Assembly (NCBI GenBank): GCA_965204375.1
Contig: OZ241986.1
Coordinates: 832,001 to 896,000 of the forward strand
Direction of reading: 5' to 3'
DNA: 64,000 bases
DNA from: Candidatus Latescibacterota bacterium
GTDB taxonomy: Bacteria > Latescibacterota > UBA2968
Position 1 is the first letter of the stretch. Each line of letters starts with the position of its first letter. The notes beneath the pieces are model-generated. The model worked only from the letters and a program-made list of their open reading frames with translations, was not told where the DNA came from and did no database searches. The position numbers were made by a program, and so were the translations under genes. This document shows positions 11,174 to 21,467 of the stretch, in pieces.

Positions 11174-12358
11174 ATGAGTGAACAACAACTTTTTCGGGAA
11201 CGAGTAGTCAAGGTCGTGCGACCAAAGCACCTCTTTGTTCTTCTGATTGCAATCCTGATCGTCAAAAGCCTTTCGATGACCAGCGGGAGTGATATTGACC
11301 AATTGGATGTGTCCAATACGGTGATCTCTTTTACTGTAGCGTGTCCCGGGGATTTTGACGGCAATCGGAACGTTAATATAGCTGATTTTCTGGCCTTTGT
11401 AGTGGTCTTTGGCGCCAGTTCTGCGGATGCGAATTACAATGCACAGATGGATTTTGACAGTAATGGGAGCGTTGAGATAGCCGATTTTCTGGCTTTTGCA
11501 GAGGTTTTTGGTACAGAGTGCGGTGGCGGTAGTAGTAATACAAATACAACGGGTTTATTTACCAAAACACTTTTCCATAATGGTATAACGAGAGAATATC
11601 TTATTTATGTGCCTGGCTCTTATGATGGAACTTCAAAAGTTCCACTGATGCTTAATTTTCACGGATATGGTGGGATTGCAAACCAATACTTAAAATATGC
11701 AGATATGCGGTCTTTGGCAGATATAGAAAATTTTATTCTGGTTTATCCTCAGGGGACCTTGCTCAATGGAGATCCGCACTGGAATTCTGGTTTAAAATCA
11801 GATGATAATAAAAGTGATGCGGATGACTTTGGCTTTGTGGAAGCATTAATTGATGAAATTTGTTCCAATTACAACATTGATCCAACAAGAGTATATTCCT
11901 GTGGTTACTCAAACGGCGCTTTTTTTTCTTATGCACTTGCTTGCTATTATAGTGACAAAATAGCGGCCATAGGTTCTGTTGCTGGAACAATGATGGAGGA
12001 AACATATAACAACTGTAGCCCATCACATCCTACGGCTATGATCAATATTCACGGTACCTCAGACTATGTTGTTCCTTATGGTGGAGGAAGTAAGGGATTA
12101 TTATCAATTGATGAGATGCTTGCTTATTGGATCGGGTTTAATAAAACCAGTACTACTCCGATAGTAAATCGTATGAATGATAGTGGCGTAACAATAGAAC
12201 ATTATTCTTATACGGATGGAGACAACAATACTTCTGTAGAGCATTACAAGGTTATTGACGGAGGGCATGTCTGGTTTGATATTAACTACGATGGCTCTAA
12301 TACCAGTCGTTTAATCTGGAATTTTGTATCGAGATATAATATTAATGGATTGAGATAA
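11174..12358 (+). CDS. Chimeric protein: dockerin/EF-hand-like repeat pair + PHB-depolymerase/LpqC-type esterase
   Basis: GDFDGNRNVNIADFLAF..FG / DFDSNGSVEIADFLAFAEVFG; esterase motifs LNFHGYG, VYPQG, GYSNG (GxSxG), IHGTSD, GGHVW. Confidence 0.85.
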   Translation: MSEQQLFRERVVKVVRPKHLFVLLIAILIVKSLSMTSGSDIDQLDVSNTVISFTVACPGDFDGNRNVNIADFLAFVVVFGASSADANYNAQMDFDSNGSVEIADFLAFAEVFGTECGGGSSNTNTTGLFTKTLFHNGITREYLIYVPGSYDGTSKVPLMLNFHGYGGIANQYLKYADMRSLADIENFILVYPQGTLLNGDPHWNSGLKSDDNKSDADDFGFVEALIDEICSNYNIDPTRVYSCGYSNGAFFSYALACYYSDKIAAIGSVAGTMMEETYNNCSPSHPTAMINIHGTSDYVVPYGGGSKGLLSIDEMLAYWIGFNKTSTTPIVNRMNDSGVTIEHYSYTDGDNNTSVEHYKVIDGGHVWFDINYDGSNTSRLIWNFVSRYNINGLR

Positions 12359-12406
12359 CCATACATTTCAGCCAGCAATCGCTGGCTCATAACCTGAGGA
12401 CACATT

Positions 12407-13240
12407 ATGCAAGTGGGAATTATGTCAGGTCACATCGCTCGGCCGACCCTGGAGGAATCACTCGACGCCATACTTGGGCACGACATCAGACATCTTCAAT
12501 TCAATTTGGGATCCCTGAATATGGAGGGTTCGCTATCTGATAAACTCGCAAAGGCACCCGTGGTTCGGGCGGAGATCGAAAAACGCGGCATGGTCATCGC
12601 TGCCCTGGCTGGCACGGTGAATATGGTTCATCCCGATGAAGAAAAACGGCAGGAAGCTATCGAGCATCTCAAATTGCTTATCCCGGCGTGTGACCAGATG
12701 GGTACCTCGGTGATTGCCACCTGTACCGGATCGCGCGATTCGGAGAGCATGTGGCGCTGGCACCCGGATAACGATACAGAAGAAGCCTGGCAGGTGTTAC
12801 ACAATACCCTGGAACAGGTACTGCCGGTTGCCGAAGCGGCTGGCGTGATCCTTGCGTTTGAGCCAGAGATAAACAACGTTGCCAGCACAGTGCATAAGAG
12901 TCGGCAACTGATCGACGAAATGGGTTCACCAAACCTGAAAGTCGTGATGGATGCCGCCAACATTTTTGGCAAAGATGATCTGCCTCGCATGAAAGAGGTA
13001 TTAGACGAGGCTTTCGAGCTTTTGGGCGACCACATTGCCATGGCCCATGGCAAAGACCTTGATCGCGGTGGTGATGCCGGACATCTCGCCGCTGGTACCG
13101 GCAAGCTCGATTACGCCCATTATGTATCGTTACTCTGTGGACTTCCCTTCGACGTGTCGGTCATTCTGCATGGCCTTTCCGAAGATCAGGTGGATGAAAG
13201 TGTTGCGATGCTCCGCCGTCACGCTGCAGCATACCAGTAA
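12407..13240 (+). CDS. Sugar phosphate isomerase/epimerase (xylose-isomerase-like TIM barrel)
   Basis: LAFEPE, MDAAN, HGKD, GTGKLDY. Confidence 0.88.
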   Translation: MQVGIMSGHIARPTLEESLDAILGHDIRHLQFNLGSLNMEGSLSDKLAKAPVVRAEIEKRGMVIAALAGTVNMVHPDEEKRQEAIEHLKLLIPACDQMGTSVIATCTGSRDSESMWRWHPDNDTEEAWQVLHNTLEQVLPVAEAAGVILAFEPEINNVASTVHKSRQLIDEMGSPNLKVVMDAANIFGKDDLPRMKEVLDEAFELLGDHIAMAHGKDLDRGGDAGHLAAGTGKLDYAHYVSLLCGLPFDVSVILHGLSEDQVDESVAMLRRHAAAYQ

Positions 13241-13252
13241 GGGATTAACGAT

Positions 13253-14455
13253 ATGAAAGCCAAAGTCGCTATCCTGGGTTGTGGAAGGGCGTCGCAAAAA
13301 TGGCATCTGCCGACAATGCACACCCTCGCCAAACAGGGCGAACTCGATTTTGTCGCGCTCTGTGACATGGATGAACCGTTAGCGAAACAGATCGGAGAAG
13401 CCTATGGTGTTCCATGGTACACCAGTGTCGAGCAGATGCTGGAAAAGCACCCGGACATCATGGCCGTAGATGTCATTACTGGCGATCCCTTCCATCACGT
13501 ACTTGGCAGGCTGATCGCAGAACACGGCAAACACGTCATGGTGGAAAAGCCGATGGCGCTGACCTTGCCCTGTTGTGACATCATCATTGATGCCTGCCGC
13601 CGTAATGGCGTGCATTTTGAGGTGGCAGAAAATTACTTTCGCATGCCGAAGCAGCGGATGATCATCAAGCTCATTACAGAGGGGATTCTGGGCGATATCG
13701 TTCGCGTGTATTTCGTTGAGCCTAAGCGGCAGGATCCATTTGAGCCGACGGTTACGCACAGCGGTTTGGGCCGACCCATCTCGGGGTTTGGTCGCACTTC
13801 TGGCATGTGCATGGATATGGGGGCACATCGGTTGTCGCAGTTGCGTTTGTACGCGCAAAGCGAGCCTCGGCAGATTACCGCAACGGTGAGAAAGTACCGG
13901 TCGGATTCCCGGAGTATCCATGAAGACTGGGCGCATGCAATGATCGATTTTGAAAGCGGTGCAGTGGGTATTTATGAGACGTCGCGTCTTGGTGAGGCAC
14001 AGAAATACTGCCAGATTATCGGTACTCTTGGCGGTGTTCTCGATACCGACTATTTCGGCCCGGAGATCCCCCTGCGTTTGCGTATCGGCGAGGAGATGCA
14101 GGATATCCCTGTCGAGACCGTACGTCGCAAAATTGATGGCGTGGATGTATTGCAGCGGATCGTCGTGCATACGGAACCTGAGATCGTCTATGAGAATCCG
14201 TTTCGCGACTACGCCATCGACGACTGGTGTGTCGGTCACGCTTCCGAGATCATGAGTCTCGCCAACGCGGCGCTCAAGGACGAGCCTCCCGAATACGGTC
14301 TCGGTGGTCGCAAAGATGTTGAAATGGCCATGGCGATTTACGAATCGTCGCTCAATGGCATGACACCCATTAAGTTGCCCCTTGAGGACGTGACCGCTTA
14401 CGAGCAGATGGTGCATGAGGATTATCTCGAAAAATTTGGTCGGCCCATTTTATGA
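13253..14455 (+). CDS. Gfo/Idh/MocA oxidoreductase
   Basis: VAILGCG, KHVMVEKPMA, DMGAH. Confidence 0.9.
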   Translation: MKAKVAILGCGRASQKWHLPTMHTLAKQGELDFVALCDMDEPLAKQIGEAYGVPWYTSVEQMLEKHPDIMAVDVITGDPFHHVLGRLIAEHGKHVMVEKPMALTLPCCDIIIDACRRNGVHFEVAENYFRMPKQRMIIKLITEGILGDIVRVYFVEPKRQDPFEPTVTHSGLGRPISGFGRTSGMCMDMGAHRLSQLRLYAQSEPRQITATVRKYRSDSRSIHEDWAHAMIDFESGAVGIYETSRLGEAQKYCQIIGTLGGVLDTDYFGPEIPLRLRIGEEMQDIPVETVRRKIDGVDVLQRIVVHTEPEIVYENPFRDYAIDDWCVGHASEIMSLANAALKDEPPEYGLGGRKDVEMAMAIYESSLNGMTPIKLPLEDVTAYEQMVHEDYLEKFGRPIL

Positions 14456-14491
14456 GACAACCTTTAGAAAAACCAGGAAAGGAAGACAAAC

Positions 14492-16222
14492 ATGCAGGAA
14501 GGCAACAGTCGTGAAATGGACACGCTTTGGGGTGAAGATGTCATTGCACTGCGCGCTGAAAATGCAGAACGGGGTCAACTCTTTAATGATGGCAATTACG
14601 CCATGTTTATCCACTGGGGTCCATATGCTCAACTTGCCAACAAAGTCGATGGCAAAACGTACTACGGCATTGGCGAATGGATCATGAACCCGCGCATGGC
14701 CAATATTCCGGTTGAGGAATATATGGAAATGGCGAAAACCTTTAACCCCGTCAATTTCGATGCAACAGAAATAGCACAACTGGCCAAAGACGCGGGCATG
14801 AAATACATCATTATCACCAGCAAGCACCACGATGGTTTTGCCATGTATCGCTCAGCCTGCAACGACTTTAACATTGGTGCCGTCACCCAATTTAATCGCG
14901 ACCCTATGAAAGAACTCGCCGGAGCTTGCAAAAAACTCGGTCTCGGATTTGGATTCTACTACTCTCACAATCAGGACTGGACTTTTCCAGGTGGTGCAAA
15001 CGGCCCAGACACAGATGCCGATGGCAACCCGGCCACCTTCGACGATTATTTTGTCAAAAAATGCCTGCCACAGGTCGAAGAAATCACCAGCGAGTACGGG
15101 CCTATCGAACTCATCTGGTTTGACACACCCGGGCAAATGCCCAAAAAGTACATTGAGCAACTCATCGAAGTCGTGCGAAAAAATCAACCCAATGCGCTCG
15201 TTTCAGGCCGCGCCGGGCACGGGCTGGGCGACTACAAGACGCTGGGTGATATGGATGTGCCAACCACCAACGTTGAAGGTATGTGGGAAAGCGTCGATAC
15301 CACCAACGACTCCTGGGCTTTTGCCTGGTATGATGAATACTGGAAAACACCCGGAGAAATTCTTCGCCGCCTGATCTCCTGTGTTGCCAGAGGTGGCACT
15401 TACATGCTCAACATAGGTCCCCGCGGTGACGGTTCAATACCCGAAAGAGCTGCCCGCACTTTACGTGCTGCTGGCAAATGGATCAAGCGCTATCCCCAGG
15501 TCGTCTATGGTACCGATGCATCACCCTGGCAACAGGCCCTGCCCTGGGGAGATGTGACGGTAAAAGACAACACGCTCTTTCTCAGCATTTTCAACTGGCC
15601 TGCCTCTGGCACACTTTATCTGCCAGGCCTCAAAACAGAAATCGAATCCGCATCCCTCCTCAATGGCGATCGATCTACACCTGTCACTTTTAACAGAAAA
15701 CACGGCTGGACCTGCTTTGAGCTATCGCCACAGGCACCCGAGAACCTGGTTTCAGTTCTTGAAGTCAAACTCAAAGGCACACCAAAAGCCGATTCGACCT
15801 GGGCTATTGATCCCGAAATAGAGACCGAAATTTTATCAGAGGCTGCGGCCGTTGAAAATGCCACATTGGAAAATCAACGCTGGATGGAAAAATTTGGAGA
15901 ATGGAAACACGTCAGCCGTGTCCATAAATGGAAGCCTGAAGGCAAAGCAACCTGGACGGTCAATGTTCTTGCACCTGGAGACTACATCGTAGATCTCACC
16001 TATTCTGGTGAAGGGCGTCTCGTCTGGGGGGTGACTATTGAAAATGGTGAACACATTCAAAATCAACAAAATTCGTCGCATAACTACCAGCGTTTTCCCA
16101 TCGGCTGGATTAACTTTCCCGGGCCGGGTACTTACAAAATCAGCGTTTCCTGTCTCGAAGGCGATTTGAGCAAAGCCAGTCTAAAATCGATTCACTTCAC
16201 TCCTGTTCACAATATTCTCTAA
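14492..16222 (+). CDS. Alpha-L-fucosidase (GH29)
   Basis: AMFIHWG, AGMKYIIITSKHHDGFAM, GFYYS, LIWFD, MLNIGPRGDG. Confidence 0.93.
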   Translation: MQEGNSREMDTLWGEDVIALRAENAERGQLFNDGNYAMFIHWGPYAQLANKVDGKTYYGIGEWIMNPRMANIPVEEYMEMAKTFNPVNFDATEIAQLAKDAGMKYIIITSKHHDGFAMYRSACNDFNIGAVTQFNRDPMKELAGACKKLGLGFGFYYSHNQDWTFPGGANGPDTDADGNPATFDDYFVKKCLPQVEEITSEYGPIELIWFDTPGQMPKKYIEQLIEVVRKNQPNALVSGRAGHGLGDYKTLGDMDVPTTNVEGMWESVDTTNDSWAFAWYDEYWKTPGEILRRLISCVARGGTYMLNIGPRGDGSIPERAARTLRAAGKWIKRYPQVVYGTDASPWQQALPWGDVTVKDNTLFLSIFNWPASGTLYLPGLKTEIESASLLNGDRSTPVTFNRKHGWTCFELSPQAPENLVSVLEVKLKGTPKADSTWAIDPEIETEILSEAAAVENATLENQRWMEKFGEWKHVSRVHKWKPEGKATWTVNVLAPGDYIVDLTYSGEGRLVWGVTIENGEHIQNQQNSSHNYQRFPIGWINFPGPGTYKISVSCLEGDLSKASLKSIHFTPVHNIL

Positions 16223-16242
16223 ATCCATTACAGGAGATACAG

Positions 16243-17706
16243 ATGACACAGAACTTCACAGAACAAAACAGCTCTTTAACGCTCGGCAGAGGTGTCAATA
16301 CCGATTTTACCACAACCGAAGTAAACAAAGTCTCCTATGATAAAGGCTTTTATATTGCGTTCAAAGAAGCCGGATTTGATTCCGTCCGTTTCTTTATTAA
16401 ACAGGGCTGGAATCCGGAATTCTATAAACCGGCAGTTGACGATGCGTTGGAACTCGGCTTAAAAGTCGTCCTTGTTCCTTTTTCAATGTATTGTTGGGGA
16501 AAAGAAAGCCTTGTACAGTGGTGGGGCGAAGTTGCGGAATATTATAGAGACTATCCTGCTGAGTTGATTTTTGAAGTATTTAACGAACCCAAAATGGCAG
16601 GACACCCCGACGGAGAAGAAGCTGAAACCATGGCATGGTATTCAGCGTGTATCCAGGAAATTCGCAGATCAAATCCAACGAGATTGATAGCCGTCGGAGG
16701 GCCGCATTTTAATGGCGTGCAGCTGCTCACGAAATATGTAACACCGGAGTATCTTTCATATACGCTCCAGGATGGAACCGGTTTTGCCGATGACCCCAAT
16801 ATTTGGGGCGTCTTTCATTGTTATCACCCCAAACCTTTTACCCACGGTGCAATAGACCAGGATATCAACAAAGATCATCCAGGCTGGAGAGAAACCATCC
16901 TTGCAGATTTAGAAGAAGCCGATGCGTGGTCAAAAAAACATAACAAAAAGGTCTATCTCAGTGAATGGGGCGCACGTCTTAATCATGAAATAAAGCATGT
17001 TGAAGAATACACGGGCTTTATGGTACCTGAGCTTGCCAAAAGAAATATTGAATGGTCGTACTACTGTGGTGTATTCAATAATGCCTGGCCTTACGGACTG
17101 TATAATTCAGAATGGGGATTTGCAGGTGTTGAAGGTGTGGTAAAAAATCTGACCGGAAAAGAACCGCCTGCAGAAGTCCCGCCTACCAATCAGATTGTCA
17201 ATTCAGACTTTCAGCTCGATCTGTCAGACTGGAATTCATCCGAATATGCCATCATGGGGACTGCTGACGGACAAGGTGTAGATGGAACACGGGCCATCAG
17301 AGTGCATGTGCCTTTTACCTTTGAGCCCGACGTGGGGCGCGGGGTGATACCGTCGCTCTATCAGCAATACGAACCGGACTGGAAGTTTCGCGTAAGGGGA
17401 AAGGTGCAGGCAAATAAGTACACCATTCAACTCCGGGAAAGCAGCATATACCGGATCTCGTTTTACGCGAGATGCGAAGTCGGTACCGCGCGGTTGCACA
17501 TTCAGCTCGGTCACGCCCCCGAAAATGACCCCGTCATCTGGACCTCTGAAGAAATAACTGTGGATAGCAAACTGAAAAAATACGAACTCGAGTACGAACA
17601 TGCCGTCCAATCGGTCAGAAACGTCCGCTTCTCTTTTACCTTTATCGACCGTCATTCAGAGATCATTCTCGACCAGATTGAACTGCGCGGCCGAAGACCT
17701 GAATAA
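16243..17706 (+). CDS. Glycoside hydrolase family 5-like + C-terminal CBM4/9-like domain
   Basis: AGFDSVR, FEVFNEP (acid/base), FHCY, LSEWG (nucleophile); NSDF..W C-terminal domain. Confidence 0.85.
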   Translation: MTQNFTEQNSSLTLGRGVNTDFTTTEVNKVSYDKGFYIAFKEAGFDSVRFFIKQGWNPEFYKPAVDDALELGLKVVLVPFSMYCWGKESLVQWWGEVAEYYRDYPAELIFEVFNEPKMAGHPDGEEAETMAWYSACIQEIRRSNPTRLIAVGGPHFNGVQLLTKYVTPEYLSYTLQDGTGFADDPNIWGVFHCYHPKPFTHGAIDQDINKDHPGWRETILADLEEADAWSKKHNKKVYLSEWGARLNHEIKHVEEYTGFMVPELAKRNIEWSYYCGVFNNAWPYGLYNSEWGFAGVEGVVKNLTGKEPPAEVPPTNQIVNSDFQLDLSDWNSSEYAIMGTADGQGVDGTRAIRVHVPFTFEPDVGRGVIPSLYQQYEPDWKFRVRGKVQANKYTIQLRESSIYRISFYARCEVGTARLHIQLGHAPENDPVIWTSEEITVDSKLKKYELEYEHAVQSVRNVRFSFTFIDRHSEIILDQIELRGRRPE

Positions 17707-17724
17707 TCAAAGGAGACGGTCTTT

Positions 17725-19164
17725 ATGTCGGCTTTAGAAAAAACCAATATCGTTTTTATTCTCGCCGATGACCTGGCTGTTTGGGCGGCGGGTTGTTATG
17801 GCAATGCAGAAATTCGAACGCCAAACTTCGACCGCATGGCAGCAACAGGCGTGCGGTTTGAGAATTTCTTTGTGACGATTCCGGTGTGTTCGGCCAGCCG
17901 GGCTTCTTTTTTGACCGGACGGATTCCGTCTCAGCACGGCGTTCACGATTTTATTGGGGGGCAAGTCAATTTTGGGCCTACAGGACAGAGTTTTCTCGAC
18001 GACGAAGTTTGTTATACAAATATTTTGGCTGACAATGGGTGGACATGTGGCCTGTCGGGCAAATGGCATTTGGGCAATTCGTCTCTTCCGCAATGTGGAT
18101 TTTCCCACTGGTTCGCGCATCCGGGTGGGGCGGGTGATTATAATGATCAGAGCATGATCCGCGATGGTGTGACAGGGGTTGTGCCCGGTTATGTGACGCA
18201 TGTGATTACGGATGATGCGCTTGATTATATCGATGCTCATGCAGAAGATGAAAACCCATTCTATCTGAGTGTTCATTATACTGCGCCACACGCGCCGTGG
18301 ATCGGTCATCCTCAGGATATTGTGGATTCTTATGATGACTGTGCGTTTGAGACGTGCCCACAGGAATCCCTCCATCCGTGGGCAAAGGTGCCTGAGGATG
18401 ATGCAGATCTGCCAGCCCGGTCAATGAGAGGGCTGAGCAATAACCTGGGGCAGCGCGAAAGTTTGAAGGGATATTTTGCGGCGGTAACCGCGATGGATCT
18501 GGATGTGGGGCGGATTTTGGACAAGCTGGAAGAAAAGGGTTTGCGCGAAAATACGCTTGTGGTGTTTACCTCTGACAATGGGTATTCGTGCGGGCAACAT
18601 GGGTTTTGGGGTAAAGGCAATGGAACTGATCCGGTGAATATGTATGAGAATTCGATTAAGGTGCCTTTCCTGGCTACGCACCCGGGTGTGATTCCAGAAG
18701 GCACGGTGCAATCGGCGATGGCTTCGGCTTATGATGTTTTGCCTACGCTTTTGGACTATGTTGATCTTCCGCTTCCCAATACGAATTTGCCAGGACAATC
18801 GTTCCTTCCCGTGTTGAAAAATGAGTGTGCAAAAGGTCGTGACAGTGTTGTCATTTACGATGAGTATGGTTATTGCAGGATGATTCGGACCGCCAGGTGG
18901 AAATACATCCATCGTTATCCAGATGGGCCAAATGAGCTTTACGATGTTTTGAATGATCCCGATGATCGCAACAATTTAGTTGATGACCCGGCACAGGCTG
19001 ATCGCGTAAAAGATCTCAAAGAAGAGATGGAAACGTGGTTTAAGAAATACGTGATTCCAGATATCGATGGCCGCATATACAATGTGACGGGTTCTGGCCA
19101 GTTGCGGCCTGTGGGTAGAAAATGGGAAGATGGGAAAGAACCTTTTGCAGGGGCTGTCAGGTAG
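17725..19164 (+). CDS. Sulfatase (CxAxR variant)
   Basis: NIVFILADD, VCSASRASFLTG, GKWHLG, FTSDNG. Confidence 0.93.
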   Translation: MSALEKTNIVFILADDLAVWAAGCYGNAEIRTPNFDRMAATGVRFENFFVTIPVCSASRASFLTGRIPSQHGVHDFIGGQVNFGPTGQSFLDDEVCYTNILADNGWTCGLSGKWHLGNSSLPQCGFSHWFAHPGGAGDYNDQSMIRDGVTGVVPGYVTHVITDDALDYIDAHAEDENPFYLSVHYTAPHAPWIGHPQDIVDSYDDCAFETCPQESLHPWAKVPEDDADLPARSMRGLSNNLGQRESLKGYFAAVTAMDLDVGRILDKLEEKGLRENTLVVFTSDNGYSCGQHGFWGKGNGTDPVNMYENSIKVPFLATHPGVIPEGTVQSAMASAYDVLPTLLDYVDLPLPNTNLPGQSFLPVLKNECAKGRDSVVIYDEYGYCRMIRTARWKYIHRYPDGPNELYDVLNDPDDRNNLVDDPAQADRVKDLKEEMETWFKKYVIPDIDGRIYNVTGSGQLRPVGRKWEDGKEPFAGAVR

Positions 19165-19195
19165 CGACCATCAATAATCAGGATACCAGTGAGAA

Positions 19196-20422
19196 ATGAG
19201 TGAGATTGAGTTCAGGCGAGCGATGGTAGGGGATGTGGCGGAGGTCCTTCGCGTAATGGCGCAGGCGTTTGGGAGAGCGCCGGGATCGGAGAAGTATGAG
19301 CGCGACAAGGAGAGAATTACGAGGGAGACTGACGCGCATTGGGTGCTTGTGAGAGCGGGGGAGATCGTCGGGGCGGCGCATGTTCGGCGGGAGGAGATTC
19401 AGGTGGGGCAGGCAGTTGTGGCCAAGGCGGATGTGGGGGAGGTGTGTATCGCGCCGAGTTGTCAGGGGGAGGGGCTTGGGACGGCGTTGATGAAGATGGT
19501 GGTGGGGCAGTTGAAGGCGGACGGGTATCCCCTGTCGAGGTTGGGTGGGTATCGGCGGTTCTACGAGCGGTTCGGGTGGGTGCCATTTCCGCGGGGCTAC
19601 ATCGACTTCGCGCTGCGGGGATTGACGTCGCGGGGTGGGTTTACCGATCCGGTGAGCTACCTGGACAGGCCGGGGGAGGATGCGCGGATCCGGGCGTACG
19701 ACGGACGTCGGGATGCGGCGGCGTGCGAGGCGCTTTACGCGGTGTTTAATGCGGGGCGGACAGGGGCTGAGCCAGCGCGGTCGTTCGGAGCGGGCGCAGG
19801 GAATCCGTGGCGGGTGGTATATGAGGAGAGCGAAGCGGTCCGGGCCTATGTTTTTGCGTCACAGAACGCGCCGCCTCATACGCGGTTTTCGTCGGCGGTG
19901 TCGATCTCCGACGGGGCGTGCGATCCGGATGATACGCAGCCGCTTGGGGCAACGCTGCGATACGTTCTGCGTCAGGCGGCGATCGCGGGGGCGGAATCGG
20001 TCAGGGCGCGGCTACCGCTGGATCCGTCGCTCTACGATCTGTATCGGGATTCGAGCTGTGGGTTCGTGCCGTCGCTCTGGCAGTCGTCGGAAGGCGGGAA
20101 CATGCTGCAGGTGCTGAGTCTGAGAGGGCTGATTGAGGCGATTGCGGCGGAACTGACGGAGCGGCTGCGGACGGCGAAACAGGCGACGGGCGAGGTCGGT
20201 CTTCGCGTGCGGGGGGAGACGGTTGGATTGGCGTGGGATGGAGAGCGGTTGACGGTGGGAGAAGGGAAAGGGGATTGGATGGCGCTCGGGCAGGATGGGG
20301 TGATGAAGATGGTGCTGGGGTTGGTGCCGGTGGAGCAGGTCGTGGAAGGAGAGAGGGAGGATGTGGCTATGCTGAGGGCGGCGTTTCCGGCGCAGGGGAC
20401 TGCGACGGGGATTTGGGGGTGA
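19196..20422 (+). CDS. GNAT acetyltransferase, Eis-like
   Basis: VCIAPSCQGEGLGTALM acetyl-CoA motif, FYERFGW; ~400 aa tandem architecture. Confidence 0.8.
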   Translation: MSEIEFRRAMVGDVAEVLRVMAQAFGRAPGSEKYERDKERITRETDAHWVLVRAGEIVGAAHVRREEIQVGQAVVAKADVGEVCIAPSCQGEGLGTALMKMVVGQLKADGYPLSRLGGYRRFYERFGWVPFPRGYIDFALRGLTSRGGFTDPVSYLDRPGEDARIRAYDGRRDAAACEALYAVFNAGRTGAEPARSFGAGAGNPWRVVYEESEAVRAYVFASQNAPPHTRFSSAVSISDGACDPDDTQPLGATLRYVLRQAAIAGAESVRARLPLDPSLYDLYRDSSCGFVPSLWQSSEGGNMLQVLSLRGLIEAIAAELTERLRTAKQATGEVGLRVRGETVGLAWDGERLTVGEGKGDWMALGQDGVMKMVLGLVPVEQVVEGEREDVAMLRAAFPAQGTATGIWG

Positions 20423-20477
20423 ATCAGATACAGGGAAATCGCCCCAGATACACAACATCACCAAACGAGAGATCAGT

Positions 20478-21350
20478 ATGTCATCAAACATCCACTTTGC
20501 TATGGGCGGCGCCATTTTCAGAGCCTTCACGACTGAATCCGCGGCACTGATTGCCAAGCACGGTCTGCCGGGCGTCGAACCTTACCGCAGTGGCCTGATC
20601 GCCTGGCTCGACGACCCGCAAGCGCTGAAGGCCCTCCTCGACGAACACGGTATTCGGCTCATTACCGCGTCAAACGGCGGGCCCGGTCAGTCGATGGAAT
20701 TCATCAATCGGTCAAAACGTCGTGAAACAATCGCCGACCACGTCGCTTTCTGCCGCGATTTCCTGAAGATCTTCGGCTGCACGCACTTCAAGATCAACAT
20801 GGGTAGCCGCCCGCAGAACGGAACAACTGTGGATGACATCAAAGCGATCTCGGAGACTGTGTCAGAACTCGGCAAGCGAACGCTTGAGATGGGGGTGACG
20901 ATTGCGCCACACCCACATATCTGGGGGCCAATTGAGCGGCCTGAGGAAGTTCGCGCCCTTCTCGATCAGACCGACCCAGATGTCGTATCCTGGATTCCCG
21001 ATACCGCACAGCTCAACCTCGGAGGAGGCGATCCCGTTCAACTCATTGACGATTATTACGACCGGCTGGCCGCCGTCCACTGGAAGGACTCGAAGGCGTC
21101 GTATCGCGGTTATACTGGCCCGACACCGACGAAGGAGATGCACGCGGAGGAAATTCTGTACAAAAATCTGGGATCCGGCGGTGTTGACCACCCTGCGATT
21201 TGGGCCATGCTGAATGAACGAGGCTACGACGGATGGATTACGCTCGATCTCGATCCCCCGCGTCCAAACGAAGGCGAAGGTTCAGTTGACGACAAAATGG
21301 GGATCAACTGCAGGTATCTAACCGAGACATTGAAAGTTTCCCACCTTTAG
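20478..21350 (+). CDS. TIM-barrel sugar isomerase/dehydratase (IolE-like)
   Basis: HPH, PDTAQL, HWKD, LGSGGVD, YDGWITL. Confidence 0.82.
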   Translation: MSSNIHFAMGGAIFRAFTTESAALIAKHGLPGVEPYRSGLIAWLDDPQALKALLDEHGIRLITASNGGPGQSMEFINRSKRRETIADHVAFCRDFLKIFGCTHFKINMGSRPQNGTTVDDIKAISETVSELGKRTLEMGVTIAPHPHIWGPIERPEEVRALLDQTDPDVVSWIPDTAQLNLGGGDPVQLIDDYYDRLAAVHWKDSKASYRGYTGPTPTKEMHAEEILYKNLGSGGVDHPAIWAMLNERGYDGWITLDLDPPRPNEGEGSVDDKMGINCRYLTETLKVSHL

Positions 21351-21467
21351 TGCGCCAACTCCGATAGGGTTGAAGAACATGGTCTGACTTTATCGAGGGA
21401 GAAAACAGGTTTACCGTATTTAACTTGTTTTGTTATACCTTTTTGTCTTTGTGTTAGATACCTTATG

